Virus record (IMG/VR): IMGVR_UViG_3300025168_000213
Location: 1 to 39,809 of that record
Direction: 5' to 3' (one strand)
Source of the DNA: a virus
Lineage: Duplodnaviria; Caudoviricetes
DNA length: 39,809 bases
Numbering within the stretch: the first letter of the stretch is position 1; the number at the start of each line of letters is the position of its first letter. A program made the position numbers and the translations under genes. The notes under the pieces were generated by a model. That model worked only from the letters and a program-made list of their open reading frames with translations, made no database searches and was not told where the DNA came from. Shown here in pieces: positions 15,795 through 25,213 of the stretch.

Positions 15795-16220
15795 TTAATT
15801 AAGTGGGTTATGGTTTAGTTCTTGTGGTGACAGATAACCATTTGCGATATTGCTAATACCCTCCTGGCTATAATCCTCTTCTAAGAATTCTGCAAAGTTC
15901 TTATTCTCAAATGCTAAGTTATAATTTTCTTCCCTTAATGATTCTATTTCTAACTGCATCTTTATTTTCTCATGTGTTTCTGAATACAATTTTGCATCTT
16001 TATATCTTTTGAAAGTTGCTAGTAATTGTGTTGAGAAAACTTCGCCTGTTACCTGGTTTCTTACTACAATCCGATATACAACATATACCCTCTTTGATTG
16101 CTCATCATATTCTTTAGCAATGAAATTTTCTTGCTCAGGGAATACCATGTTTGGGATGCCATTGCTCTTAAGATGGGCTTTGATTTCTGAGAGTGATTCG
16201 TTTCCTGTTAGTCTTTTCAT
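15795..16220 (-). CDS. Hypothetical protein, first gene of the leftward early operon
   Basis: AAGGATAGCGAAC leader; ATG start. Confidence 0.75.
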   Translation of the reverse strand: MKRLTGNESLSEIKAHLKSNGIPNMVFPEQENFIAKEYDEQSKRVYVVYRIVVRNQVTGEVFSTQLLATFKRYKDAKLYSETHEKIKMQLEIESLREENYNLAFENKNFAEFLEEDYSQEGISNIANGYLSPQELNHNPLN

Positions 16221-16259
16221 GTTCGCTATCCTTATTGATTATTAATTGATTGATGGCTA

Positions 16260-16288
16260 ATGTTACAGTGCTACATACTATGATGCAA
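16260..16288 (-). promoter_or_regulatory. sigma70-like leftward promoter
   Basis: Minus strand TTGCAT-17 bp-TAACAT upstream of the operon. Confidence 0.55.
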
Positions 16289-16395
16289 TAGAATTAATAC
16301 AATTGTACTAATTAATTAATAGTTTGATGCTATTACTCCTATATATATACTCAATCGATTTTTTTAATTAAACAGTAGTAAAACAGCGAGTTATT

Positions 16396-16746
16396 ATGCC
16401 ATCTCCGAAATGGGTTAAAGGTCAGTCAGGTAATCTTAAAGGCAGACCAAAAACGTCAGTAAAAGACCTGGTCAAGTCACATCCACAAGCACATGAATTA
16501 GTTCAAAAGTTATTTAATGTTGCAATGAATGATGAAGATAAACGACAAATTTCAGCCTGGAGAATTCTATTACCTAAGATGGTTCCCGATTTAAAATCAG
16601 CCACATTAGAAGTGGAACAGAAAGGTATAACTGGAGTGATTGTGTTACCTCAGAAAGTACCGCTTGATAGTACCAGCGCACAGAGTGAGAGCGAAACTTT
16701 TTCAGTCCCCGTATCGGTTGAGGATGTCCAGGTCAATGAGGGTTAA
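16396..16746 (+). CDS. terS: Terminase small subunit (DUF5681-like)
   Basis: N-terminal WVKGQSGNLKGRPK motif; upstream of terL. Confidence 0.75.
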   Translation: MPSPKWVKGQSGNLKGRPKTSVKDLVKSHPQAHELVQKLFNVAMNDEDKRQISAWRILLPKMVPDLKSATLEVEQKGITGVIVLPQKVPLDSTSAQSESETFSVPVSVEDVQVNEG

Positions 16747-16766
16747 TGGCTCAATAATGGCTCAAT
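16745..16766 (-). repeat. Third, inverted copy of the attP arm repeat (2 x ATTGAGCCATT)
   Basis: 21/22 identical to 7373-7394 and 7668-7689 in reverse complement. Confidence 0.85.
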
Positions 16767-17047
16767 ATGTGCATCTCTCCTCGGTAAGCACTTCCTTCAT
16801 GAGGATGTACTGCCTTCAATCGTCCAAAAATAAGGTATTGATTAAAGCCAAAAAAAAAAGAGGGGGGGGCATCCCATTAGTCGGGTCCCATCCAAGACTT
16901 AAACCATAGTGACTCCTAGACAGAATATGAAAAAACTTTTTATACCCCTGGTGCGCATTGTGGTAAAATATTTAAATCCTAACGACTGCACAAACATGAC
17001 ATTTTATCCAGGTAACTGGTCCACATCTAACAATAAGAAGGTAAAAT

Positions 17048-17320
17048 ATGAATTTAGAACATTTAGACGATGAGACTATAGTGTTAGAACCTCGCACATT
17101 AGACTCTGCTATTGTGTCTATTGACATGAGGAGTGATAGGTTGATATATGATTATGATTTACTCATAGAAGCTTTTATGAGAGATAATGACTGGGATATA
17201 TCTACTGCTGCAGAGTGGGTTGATTACAATGTATGTGGGTCTTATGTTGAAAATGGGCCAATTATATCATATAGTATGATAGTTGATGATGAGATGGATG
17301 AGCTAATGAGACTCCTTTAA
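17048..17320 (+). CDS. Acidic hypothetical phage protein
   Basis: AAEWVDYNVCGSYVENGPI motif; AAGG SD. Confidence 0.7.
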   Translation: MNLEHLDDETIVLEPRTLDSAIVSIDMRSDRLIYDYDLLIEAFMRDNDWDISTAAEWVDYNVCGSYVENGPIISYSMIVDDEMDELMRLL

Positions 17321-17544
17321 TGTTTGAACCTTGTCCTCATACTATTAGAAAAACATGTCCTTTTGCATGTAGTAGCACCTATAATCCCGACAAACAACGG
17401 GGGGGTGTCACTACTAAAATATTTTGCGGAATTGCAACAGGGCCTGATAATAGGGTATCCAAATTAGATAAGTGCTGGAAAGATATGTCAGCATCAGCTA
17501 AAAAGAAACATAGGGATAACTATAACTGGGCTGCATATAGATGA
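17320..17544 (+). CDS. Cys-rich hypothetical protein
   Basis: Five Cys residues; coupled to terL. Confidence 0.65.
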   Translation: MFEPCPHTIRKTCPFACSSTYNPDKQRGGVTTKIFCGIATGPDNRVSKLDKCWKDMSASAKKKHRDNYNWAAYR

Positions 17545-18899
17545 TTGTACATTGGGAGCCGCACCCTAGACAGTCGTTTGCATTAGCTCGCCAGGAATTT
17601 GAAATTGCATTTGGTGGCGCACGGGGTGGTGGAAAGTCCAGTTGTCTTATGGCATGGATGGTAGACCCTGAATATTTAAATAACCCACAATTTAGAGGCT
17701 TAATTATTCGTAGGAACTATGATGATTTAAGGGATTATATCGATAGGGCTAGTCAAATGTATCGCCATTTAGAGGTTGAGGTGGTGGGTAACCCAGCAGA
17801 ATTTAGATTTCCGACTGGTGCTATTATCAGAACGGGGCATCTTATGGATAAGCAAGCCTATCAAAAGTATCAGGGTCATGAATACCAAAAAATAGGTATT
17901 GAGGAAGCTACTTTGATACATGATGAAGAGGATTATTTAAAGTTAATCTCCAGTTGTCGAAGCACTGTAGGTCTGGCACCGCAAGTATTTTTAACATGTA
18001 ACCCAGGTGGTCCTGGCCATAGTTGGTTTAAAAAACGGTTTGTTGACAATCCCAGGGAAAAAACCTTTTACGATCCAGTAACGAGCAGGACAAGAATTTT
18101 TATTCCTAGTAAAATACATGATAACCCAAAATTAATGGAAGAAGACCCTGGTTATTTTGAAATGTTAAAAGGTTTACCTGATGAATTAAGAAGGGCCTGG
18201 TTAGATGGTGACTGGGATGTTTACTATGGTCAATATTTCTCACAATGGCGCTATGATGTACATGTTTGCGAACCTTTTCATATACCAAGTAATTGGTATA
18301 GGTATAGAGGAATTGATTATGGGTACAAAGCACCATTTGCAGTGGTTTGGTATGCAGTGGACCCAAATAAAAATGTTTATTTATATAGGGATTATTATGT
18401 TGCTGAAATGGAATTATCGGGACATATAGAAGCAATTAATGCATTAAGCAAAGGTGAAGAGTATAGGGCGACATTGGGTGACCCTAGTATGTGGATTCGA
18501 AATCCTCAAAATATGAATAAGTCCGATGGGGTGGCTGGTAGTCATATGGCCATAGCTGATATTATGAGGAAGGGTGGTATTCCTATGATAAAAGCGAACA
18601 ATAACAGGCTATCAGGTTGGAACCTATTGCGAGAGTACTTAAAATGGGATGATGAGACTCCTCCAAAGCTCCATATCTTTCATACATGTAATAAGTTTAT
18701 TGAAACTTTACCGATGCTGGTACATGATTTGCGAAGACCTGAAGACCTGGACACGAGAGGGCCTGACCATCTTGCGGATGCTGCCAGGTACGGTTTATTT
18801 CATATTGGAAACCCTAAATCAGACGAAGCAAAACCATGGATAACGAGACTGATGCAGAAGTTCGAAGCGAACAAGACGGACATCCCAGGTCTGAGGTAG
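17541..18899 (+). CDS. terL: Terminase large subunit
   Basis: Walker A GGARGGGKS; Walker B IGIEEA; TCNPGGPGH; nuclease motifs GIDYG and DHLADAARY. Confidence 0.95.
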   Translation: MIVHWEPHPRQSFALARQEFEIAFGGARGGGKSSCLMAWMVDPEYLNNPQFRGLIIRRNYDDLRDYIDRASQMYRHLEVEVVGNPAEFRFPTGAIIRTGHLMDKQAYQKYQGHEYQKIGIEEATLIHDEEDYLKLISSCRSTVGLAPQVFLTCNPGGPGHSWFKKRFVDNPREKTFYDPVTSRTRIFIPSKIHDNPKLMEEDPGYFEMLKGLPDELRRAWLDGDWDVYYGQYFSQWRYDVHVCEPFHIPSNWYRYRGIDYGYKAPFAVVWYAVDPNKNVYLYRDYYVAEMELSGHIEAINALSKGEEYRATLGDPSMWIRNPQNMNKSDGVAGSHMAIADIMRKGGIPMIKANNNRLSGWNLLREYLKWDDETPPKLHIFHTCNKFIETLPMLVHDLRRPEDLDTRGPDHLADAARYGLFHIGNPKSDEAKPWITRLMQKFEANKTDIPGLR

Positions 18900-19072
18900 T
18901 GATAGAGAGATACGATATGGAAAGCGGCTTGTGGCATAGAATACATTTAGAAGAGGATGATAAAGATTTATTAGCTGAAAACGGTCAGGAATTCAAAGAT
19001 GCTTACATTGAAATTGTTGTAACGATGTCTGAAATGGTAATAACTGGCGAACATACACGGGTAACACAATAA
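18836..19072 (+). CDS. Acidic hypothetical protein (start uncertain)
   Basis: Between terL and the portal; TAATG coupling to the portal. Confidence 0.55.
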   Translation: MDNETDAEVRSEQDGHPRSEVVIERYDMESGLWHRIHLEEDDKDLLAENGQEFKDAYIEIVVTMSEMVITGEHTRVTQ

Positions 19073-20835
19073 TGGCAAAATACCAAGCTGTTGGAAAAGA
19101 ATTAGAGTTAATTAAACGTATTAAGACTATGGTCGATATGGCTAAGAAGTCTCGTAAGAAAGCCACAGATTCATGGAGAGAAGCGGAAAAGCTATATATG
19201 GGGGAACATTGGTCAGGAATGAATATGCCTGAATACAAAAACCAATTAACCCTGGATTTAATAGCAAATGTTATTGATACACAAATACCAATTATGTCTT
19301 CTAAGCCACCCAAGATTGATGTTATTCCAGTAGGTTCAGATGATGAGTCTCGATTTACTGCAAATGTGTTACAGGGCCAACTAGATGATTTATGGTACAT
19401 GAGGGATATGGCAACGCTTGTACCTGAATGGCTTACTGATTATTTAGTATATGGAACTGGTATTGTGAAATTAGGTTGGAGCGAATTTGATGATTTGCCT
19501 GATTGTGATATTGTAGACCCGTTTTCATTCTATGTGAATCCAAGTGCAACTAAAATGGAAAATGCACAATATGTAATTCATATGGCTCCGAGACCACTAT
19601 ACGAAATAAAAGAATTGTTCCCCGAAAAAGGCAAGCTTGTAGAGTCAATGGGGAGATTAGACCAATATGAAGCGCTTAAAATAACAGATGTTAAGCAAGG
19701 GAATAAAGACCTAGTCCAAGTAACCGACACTCAGGGGCAAGAGACTAATTACTTTGAAGGCGAATCTGAAGCCATGGAAAACTTGGAAGACCGTGCGCTG
19801 CTAATAGAGGTATGGATGAGGGATGGCTCGAAAGAGTACACAAATGAATCCGATAAAGTTGGCAAACTGAAATACCCAGGCGGCATACGAAAGGTCTGCA
19901 TGGCTGACAACGTCATACTTTACGATGGGCCTAGTAGATTCCAATTCTTGGACAAAATGAACAGGTGTTCATACCCTTTCCCATTTGTTGTTATGAAAAA
20001 TGGTGGAAGCGCTCATAGCTTTTGGGGAAAACCCGAACCAAAACGACTAAAAAGTCTAAACCTTTCATTGGATCGTATCGCTAGTCAGGTAATGGATAAC
20101 ATCCATCTAATGGCAAATCCTATGTGGATAGTTGATGAAACCGCAGATGTTTCTGACCAAATCAATAATAAACCTGGCTCAGTCATAAGAAAAAGAGGAC
20201 CAGGCTCAGTAAACATGGCTCAACCCAGTAGTATGCCTGGTTATGTCTTTAATTTTTATAGTTTATTAATGGATATGTTTGAAACAGTGTCAGGCGTAAA
20301 TAAAGCGACCATGGGTAAGCAAGAACCTAATGTTACAAGTGGAGTTCAGGCGCAAGTCTATCGTTCTGCAGCTACAAGTAAAATTGATTTTAAAGCTCGG
20401 CAGCTAGATTCTGCAATGCAGATACTAGGTCAGATGTGGATAGCGATGATTAAGAACATGGGTACGGAAATGCATACACTGGAATTAAAAGACAAAGATT
20501 TTAATGCTGCACAGGTGGATTATATCGGTACTGAATTTCAAGATACAGATATGATGGTCCGTGCGAGGGTTGGTTCTATGTTGCCTGACAATAGGGCATA
20601 CATAGAGGAAAAAATGTTATCCTTGGTGCAAATGGGTTTAATTCAAGACCCTGAATATATTTTAGAGCATATGCAGCTTCCTGGGGTAGAAAGATTAATA
20701 GCAAAAATGAGAGAAGCAAAAGAAGCTCAACAAGGAAGTCCTCAAGATTTTGAAGGAATGTCGGAAGACGAAATATTCCAACAACTACAACAGAACCCAC
20801 AAATGGCACAACAGATGCAAGGGAATAAAGAATGA
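19072..20835 (+). CDS. Portal protein (P22-like)
   Basis: Position and size; YMGEHW, YGTGIVK, VDPFSFYVNP and ETVSGVN motifs; Q-rich tail. Confidence 0.9.
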   Translation: MAKYQAVGKELELIKRIKTMVDMAKKSRKKATDSWREAEKLYMGEHWSGMNMPEYKNQLTLDLIANVIDTQIPIMSSKPPKIDVIPVGSDDESRFTANVLQGQLDDLWYMRDMATLVPEWLTDYLVYGTGIVKLGWSEFDDLPDCDIVDPFSFYVNPSATKMENAQYVIHMAPRPLYEIKELFPEKGKLVESMGRLDQYEALKITDVKQGNKDLVQVTDTQGQETNYFEGESEAMENLEDRALLIEVWMRDGSKEYTNESDKVGKLKYPGGIRKVCMADNVILYDGPSRFQFLDKMNRCSYPFPFVVMKNGGSAHSFWGKPEPKRLKSLNLSLDRIASQVMDNIHLMANPMWIVDETADVSDQINNKPGSVIRKRGPGSVNMAQPSSMPGYVFNFYSLLMDMFETVSGVNKATMGKQEPNVTSGVQAQVYRSAATSKIDFKARQLDSAMQILGQMWIAMIKNMGTEMHTLELKDKDFNAAQVDYIGTEFQDTDMMVRARVGSMLPDNRAYIEEKMLSLVQMGLIQDPEYILEHMQLPGVERLIAKMREAKEAQQGSPQDFEGMSEDEIFQQLQQNPQMAQQMQGNKE

Positions 20836-21062
20836 ACAATTATAAAAAGTCCTTAAAAAAGACATTATTGAAAAAACCCGATTCAATAAAACCAAAGATG
20901 TTAGTTAAGAGTGTAATGAAAAGTGATACATTAAAAGTCAAAAAGCTGAAACCATCAATGTTAAAAAAGAAAAAGAGGGTAAAGGTGAAAGGTGCAGCTG
21001 GTGTTGCTAATCGTTTAAAAAGAATGAAAGCAGGAACTCTTTCAACATCCCCATCTAAATAA
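20832..21062 (+). CDS. Lys-rich small protein
   Basis: Highly basic ORF in the head operon. Confidence 0.6.
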   Translation: MNNYKKSLKKTLLKKPDSIKPKMLVKSVMKSDTLKVKKLKPSMLKKKKRVKVKGAAGVANRLKRMKAGTLSTSPSK

Positions 21063-21064
21063 TA

Positions 21065-21529
21065 ATGAAAAAAAATAAAAAGCACGGAAATAAAGCACAT
21101 CCAAAAAAGTCTAAAGACTATAGAAAGGTTCCTTACACTAGGAATGTTTTATATAAAGGAAAACTCAAAGAGGCTTTACCTGGTAGAATGACTTTAGATA
21201 AAGGCACTATGAGAATTGGTTTGGCAGATGAGCCTTCACCAACTCATAAGGTTACAAAGAAAAGAAAAATTAAGATACCCTTTACAAAGAAAAATTTAAT
21301 TACTCGGACTACCGATGAAAGTACTGTTATTGACCCGAATCGTAAAAAAGGTAAATACACCAAGCGGACTACGACTAAAATTCTAAATAGGAAAGCAAAA
21401 ACAAAAAAGAAAGAAAGTACAAACCCGTATAAGGTTGGAAACAAGTATTCTAAAATGAGCAAGGCTTACAAGAAGGCCTTAGAAAACCAAAAGAAGGCAA
21501 AAAAGAAAAGGCTAAAAAAAGGTGAGTGA
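21065..21529 (+). CDS. Lys/Arg-rich protein
   Basis: Highly basic ORF in the head operon. Confidence 0.6.
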   Translation: MKKNKKHGNKAHPKKSKDYRKVPYTRNVLYKGKLKEALPGRMTLDKGTMRIGLADEPSPTHKVTKKRKIKIPFTKKNLITRTTDESTVIDPNRKKGKYTKRTTTKILNRKAKTKKKESTNPYKVGNKYSKMSKAYKKALENQKKAKKKRLKKGE

Positions 21530-21791
21530 TGCCTGGACAAAAAAAGAAGGTCAATCTAAAAGCGGTGGTCTAAATGCTAAAGGAAGAGCCAGTTATAATA
21601 AAAAAACTGGGGGTAACCTTAAAGCACCAGTAACAAAGAAAAACCCGAAAGGTAAGGCAAAGTCTAGGCGATCCAGCTTTTGTGCCAGGATGTGCGGCAT
21701 GAAAAAAAGATTAACTGGTGCTAAAACAGCCAATGACCCTAATAGTAGAATCAATTTATCATTAAAGAAGTGGAGATGTAAGTGTGGCTAA
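21522..21791 (+). CDS. Basic phage protein (DUF6321-like)
   Basis: AWTKKEG...GGLNAKGRASY...SFCARM...KWRC pattern. Confidence 0.7.
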   Translation: MSDAWTKKEGQSKSGGLNAKGRASYNKKTGGNLKAPVTKKNPKGKAKSRRSSFCARMCGMKKRLTGAKTANDPNSRINLSLKKWRCKCG

Positions 21792-21966
21792 GAAAGGATT
21801 ATGGTATAACATAAATCAAAAAAAGAAGAAAGGAACTAGCAACTCTAAGAAGAATTCTACTATAAGCGATACAGCCTATGCTGAAATGAAAAAAGGATTT
21901 CCGAACAGCAAAAAGAATAAAAAGAAAAAGGCTTATAAAAAATCTTTGAAAAAGAATTTAGCATAA
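21784..21966 (+). CDS. Lys-rich small protein
   Basis: MAKKGLWYNINQKKK; GGAG SD. Confidence 0.65.
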   Translation: MAKKGLWYNINQKKKKGTSNSKKNSTISDTAYAEMKKGFPNSKKNKKKKAYKKSLKKNLA

Positions 21967-22028
21967 TAGTCCAAACAGGTTGGATGCTATGGACAATCCA
22001 TCAAAATTATATCAAAGCAGGAGACTAA

Positions 22029-22922
22029 ATGTCAGAAGAAATACAGACCTCGTATAGTGGGGTAACATTGTCACAGGGTGAACTAGATTCTATTGTAGAG
22101 AATTCACCTGCAGAGACTGCACAAGATTTAGGCGAGCAACAGGCCCAAGAGCAGGAAAGTCAAGAGATTGACCAATCAGAAAGTTCTGTAACTGAAGAAT
22201 CCGAAGACTCTCAAGAGATTTATGACTTGGAAGTGAATGGTGAAACATACGATATGGAAACTATTCAAAATGCATTAGATGCATTCCAAAATAAAGCAGA
22301 GTGGCAAAAATCGAATACAGAAAAAGCACAGACAATAAGCGCTGAACGTAAAGCATTTGATGCAGAGCGACAAGTGTGGTCTGAGCTAAGAAGTAATGAT
22401 GATGCTATGGATGTTTTACGGGATGTATTAGATGATGACCATCCAATATTTAATACTCATGAAGTGGATAAGGCGCAAGAAAACACAAGCCAGGACACCA
22501 AAGACCTTTCAAGGGTTGAGGAGTTAGAAGAGAGGCTAAACGAGTTTGAACGGGAAAAAGAAGAACATGCATTGCAGGTTGAAGCCGACCAGCAAGTAAA
22601 TGTCGACCTGGGAAAACTCAAACAATCTCATCCTGAACTGGAAGACCCTAATTTATTAAATACTGTTATTGAAACAGCAATTAATAAAGGCTTCACGGGT
22701 TACGATGGTTTAGAGGATGCATTTGTTTTAGCTCATCATCAAGCTGCTGAGAATAGTGCTTTTAAAGTAGCCACAAACAGAGCAATAAGTGCGAAAGCCG
22801 CTAAGAGCATTCCTGAAACAAAAGGACGAGTAAAAGGCCAACATACTGAGCCAATTGCAAAGTCTAATACTTACAAGGATGCCAGGGTTGAATCACTTAA
22901 AAACTACAATTTCTACGAATAA
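22029..22922 (+). CDS. Scaffolding protein
   Basis: Acidic coiled coil with LEVNGE motif; immediately before the capsid gene. Confidence 0.8.
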   Translation: MSEEIQTSYSGVTLSQGELDSIVENSPAETAQDLGEQQAQEQESQEIDQSESSVTEESEDSQEIYDLEVNGETYDMETIQNALDAFQNKAEWQKSNTEKAQTISAERKAFDAERQVWSELRSNDDAMDVLRDVLDDDHPIFNTHEVDKAQENTSQDTKDLSRVEELEERLNEFEREKEEHALQVEADQQVNVDLGKLKQSHPELEDPNLLNTVIETAINKGFTGYDGLEDAFVLAHHQAAENSAFKVATNRAISAKAAKSIPETKGRVKGQHTEPIAKSNTYKDARVESLKNYNFYE

Positions 22923-22963
22923 TAGAATAATACACCTTAACAGGTGAATAAAAGGATAATAAA

Positions 22964-23956
22964 ATGGCATTAAACTATGACAGCTTAACAGCTGTGACTA
23001 GAGACCGTTTCATACCTGTTCTCGTAGACAACATATTCAATTCAAACATTTTAACTTTTAAAATGTTACAGAATTCTGAACCAATAGCAAGCGGTAATAA
23101 AGTGCTGCAGCCAATTGAGTACTCCACAACAGGCTCAAAGGGTTTCTATAATGGATATGATGTATTAGATACAACTCCACAAGAGCTGTTTACTGATGCT
23201 TCATATGACTGGGTTCAGTGTCATGCTTCTATCACATATAGTGGTCGTGAAGAGGCGTTGAATAGTGGTTCTGAAAGGGTTATTGATTTAATTTCTGCAA
23301 AAGTAAAAAATGCAGAGAAATCATTAAAAGACCTATTTGGAAAACAGTTGTACTCCGATAATAATGGTAGCTCGGTAACATCCGCAGGGGCTTCCACAAG
23401 TGGTTTCTTGGGATTACAGGCAATTATTGATAATTCAACATCGATTGGTGGAATTAACAGGAGTGACTATTCCTGGTGGCAAGCAAATGAAGATACTTTT
23501 GGTAGTACTACTTTTGGAACTGTCGCAGCTAGTGCAGGTGCTAATTCCATTGGAAGAGAACTAAGAGAAATGTATGGGAAATGTAGTATTGATAACGATA
23601 CTCCAAATCTCATCGTCACTACTCGTGTAATCTTTGATGCATATGAAGAATCTCTGTCTGCACAGAAGAGATTTGGTGCTTCAAGTGATACGCTAGCTGA
23701 TGCTGGTTTTCAGAGTCTTAAGTACAGAAATGCTGACATTGTTGTGGACGATAATTGTCCTGCTGGTCACATGTATTTCTTAAATACTAAGTATCTGAGA
23801 TTCAGACACCACGGTTCTAGGAACTTCGCTTTTCAGGGTTTTAATAAGCCCGTTAACCAAGATGCATCCGTAGCACATATCCTTTGGTTAGGTGCTTTGA
23901 CTTGTTCAAACCCTAGAATGTTAGGGAAATTGACAGGCGGACCAACTGCATACTAA
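22964..23956 (+). CDS. Major capsid protein
   Basis: 330 aa after the scaffold; LVDNIFNSN, GLQAIID, GGINRS...WW and MYFLNTKY motifs of HK97-fold coats. Confidence 0.9.
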   Translation: MALNYDSLTAVTRDRFIPVLVDNIFNSNILTFKMLQNSEPIASGNKVLQPIEYSTTGSKGFYNGYDVLDTTPQELFTDASYDWVQCHASITYSGREEALNSGSERVIDLISAKVKNAEKSLKDLFGKQLYSDNNGSSVTSAGASTSGFLGLQAIIDNSTSIGGINRSDYSWWQANEDTFGSTTFGTVAASAGANSIGRELREMYGKCSIDNDTPNLIVTTRVIFDAYEESLSAQKRFGASSDTLADAGFQSLKYRNADIVVDDNCPAGHMYFLNTKYLRFRHHGSRNFAFQGFNKPVNQDASVAHILWLGALTCSNPRMLGKLTGGPTAY

Positions 23957-23968
23957 TAGGAGATAATT

Positions 23969-24466
23969 ATGGCTGAATGGAAAGACGTAGAATCTTACAT
24001 AGTATGTCAGGGCATAACAGACGTAAGCGCTAAGGCGAAGTTGCCTATGCTTACTGTTGTTCAGGCTCAGGATAAAGCTGGCACTTTAGGTATGGGTGAA
24101 TTCATCTATGCAAAAGGTGTAGCTAGTACCGCTGTTGGAAGTGTTGTTACTATTGATGAAGCAGGCATAACAGCATTAGCTGTTGCAAGTGCTGTAGGTA
24201 AAGTTGGTGTAGCAATGGCTGCAACTGTAGCAGACACCTATGGCTGGTATCAGATTAGCGGAAAGGCGGTAGCAAAAGTAGCTACTGGTTTTGTCGATGG
24301 CAAAGCATGTTTCCTAACTGCTACTGCTGGAACAATTGATGATGAAGTTGTTACTGGTGACCTTATAGATGGGATGATAGGTAGGTCCGCTGTAGGCACC
24401 CCAAGCACAGGCATGGCTCATCTTGAACTAAGCAGGCCACTCGCAGACAACGTAACAGAAACTTAA
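23969..24466 (+). CDS. Putative capsid decoration/cement protein
   Basis: Ala/Gly/Val-rich with YGWYQISG motif; follows the capsid gene. Confidence 0.6.
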   Translation: MAEWKDVESYIVCQGITDVSAKAKLPMLTVVQAQDKAGTLGMGEFIYAKGVASTAVGSVVTIDEAGITALAVASAVGKVGVAMAATVADTYGWYQISGKAVAKVATGFVDGKACFLTATAGTIDDEVVTGDLIDGMIGRSAVGTPSTGMAHLELSRPLADNVTET

Positions 24467-24497
24467 TAGGTTCTGATAACTGACTAAAATGAGATAC

Positions 24498-24531
24498 GGT
24501 AACCCCCTGGTTTTAATTAGCCAGGGGACCG
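24498..24531 (+). terminator. Hairpin after the capsid genes (terminator/attenuator)
   Basis: CCCCTGG...CCAGGGG stem; weak T-tail. Confidence 0.5.
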
Positions 24532-24550
24532 TTGAAGATAAATGGCATAA

Positions 24551-25213
24551 ATGACATCCTCAGAAATGACTAGTCTACTGGGTATTCGCCTAGAGGACAC
24601 ATCACAATTAAGCTTTTCAGCTGCAACAAAGATTCAAGCTCTTAATGTAGCTCAGGTTGCTGCAACTAATTTTTTACATGAAGATTATCTTACCGAGTTG
24701 GAGCATAGAGACACTATTACTGTTGATGCATCAGCTTTAGCAACTAGAGGGTATATCAACTTTGCTGATGGTACCTCCGCAAATACAACATCTGCTAATC
24801 CATTAAGAGGCAGTGTAAGAAATGTAGAAGTGAGTTACAGTGGTCCTAATTTTATATTTGCTGCAATGATACCTTTTGAAGATGTGAAGAAATTAGAAAA
24901 TGCATATTTAGAACCAGGTACTGCAAATCCTATTGCATATACATTTCATAATTCATTATACATAACACCTATAGCAGGAATAGCTGGTGTTAGAGTTTAT
25001 TATCTTAAAGAACCTACTGCAATAGCATCTAATGCTAATTGCACATTAAATGTTTCTCTTCATGAGATAGTGGTTGATTTAGCAGAGAGTCAATTGTGGC
25101 GATCTGACAACCAAGTTAATAGAGCGAAATCAGCATATGAATCTGCCATAAGTCAGATAAGTGTACTCAATGAGATGAGAGGTGTTAATAAACCTGAAGG
25201 AGTGGGCGCATGA
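24551..25213 (+). CDS. Head-tail adaptor (tail tubular A-like)
   Basis: Position; YITP...VYYLKEP...LHEIVVDLA pattern. Confidence 0.65.
   Translation: MTSSEMTSLLGIRLEDTSQLSFSAATKIQALNVAQVAATNFLHEDYLTELEHRDTITVDASALATRGYINFADGTSANTTSANPLRGSVRNVEVSYSGPNFIFAAMIPFEDVKKLENAYLEPGTANPIAYTFHNSLYITPIAGIAGVRVYYLKEPTAIASNANCTLNVSLHEIVVDLAESQLWRSDNQVNRAKSAYESAISQISVLNEMRGVNKPEGVGA

Noticed and set aside
16640-16909. 89-aa ORF overlapping terS
   Set aside because: No SD; runs through the repeat and homopolymer region, which looks cis-acting.
16927-17073. 48-codon ORF before 17048
   Set aside because: No SD or motif support; cannot be distinguished from chance.
18205-18843. Alternative-frame ORFs within terL
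   Set aside because: No SD or codon-shift signal; typical off-frame shadows.
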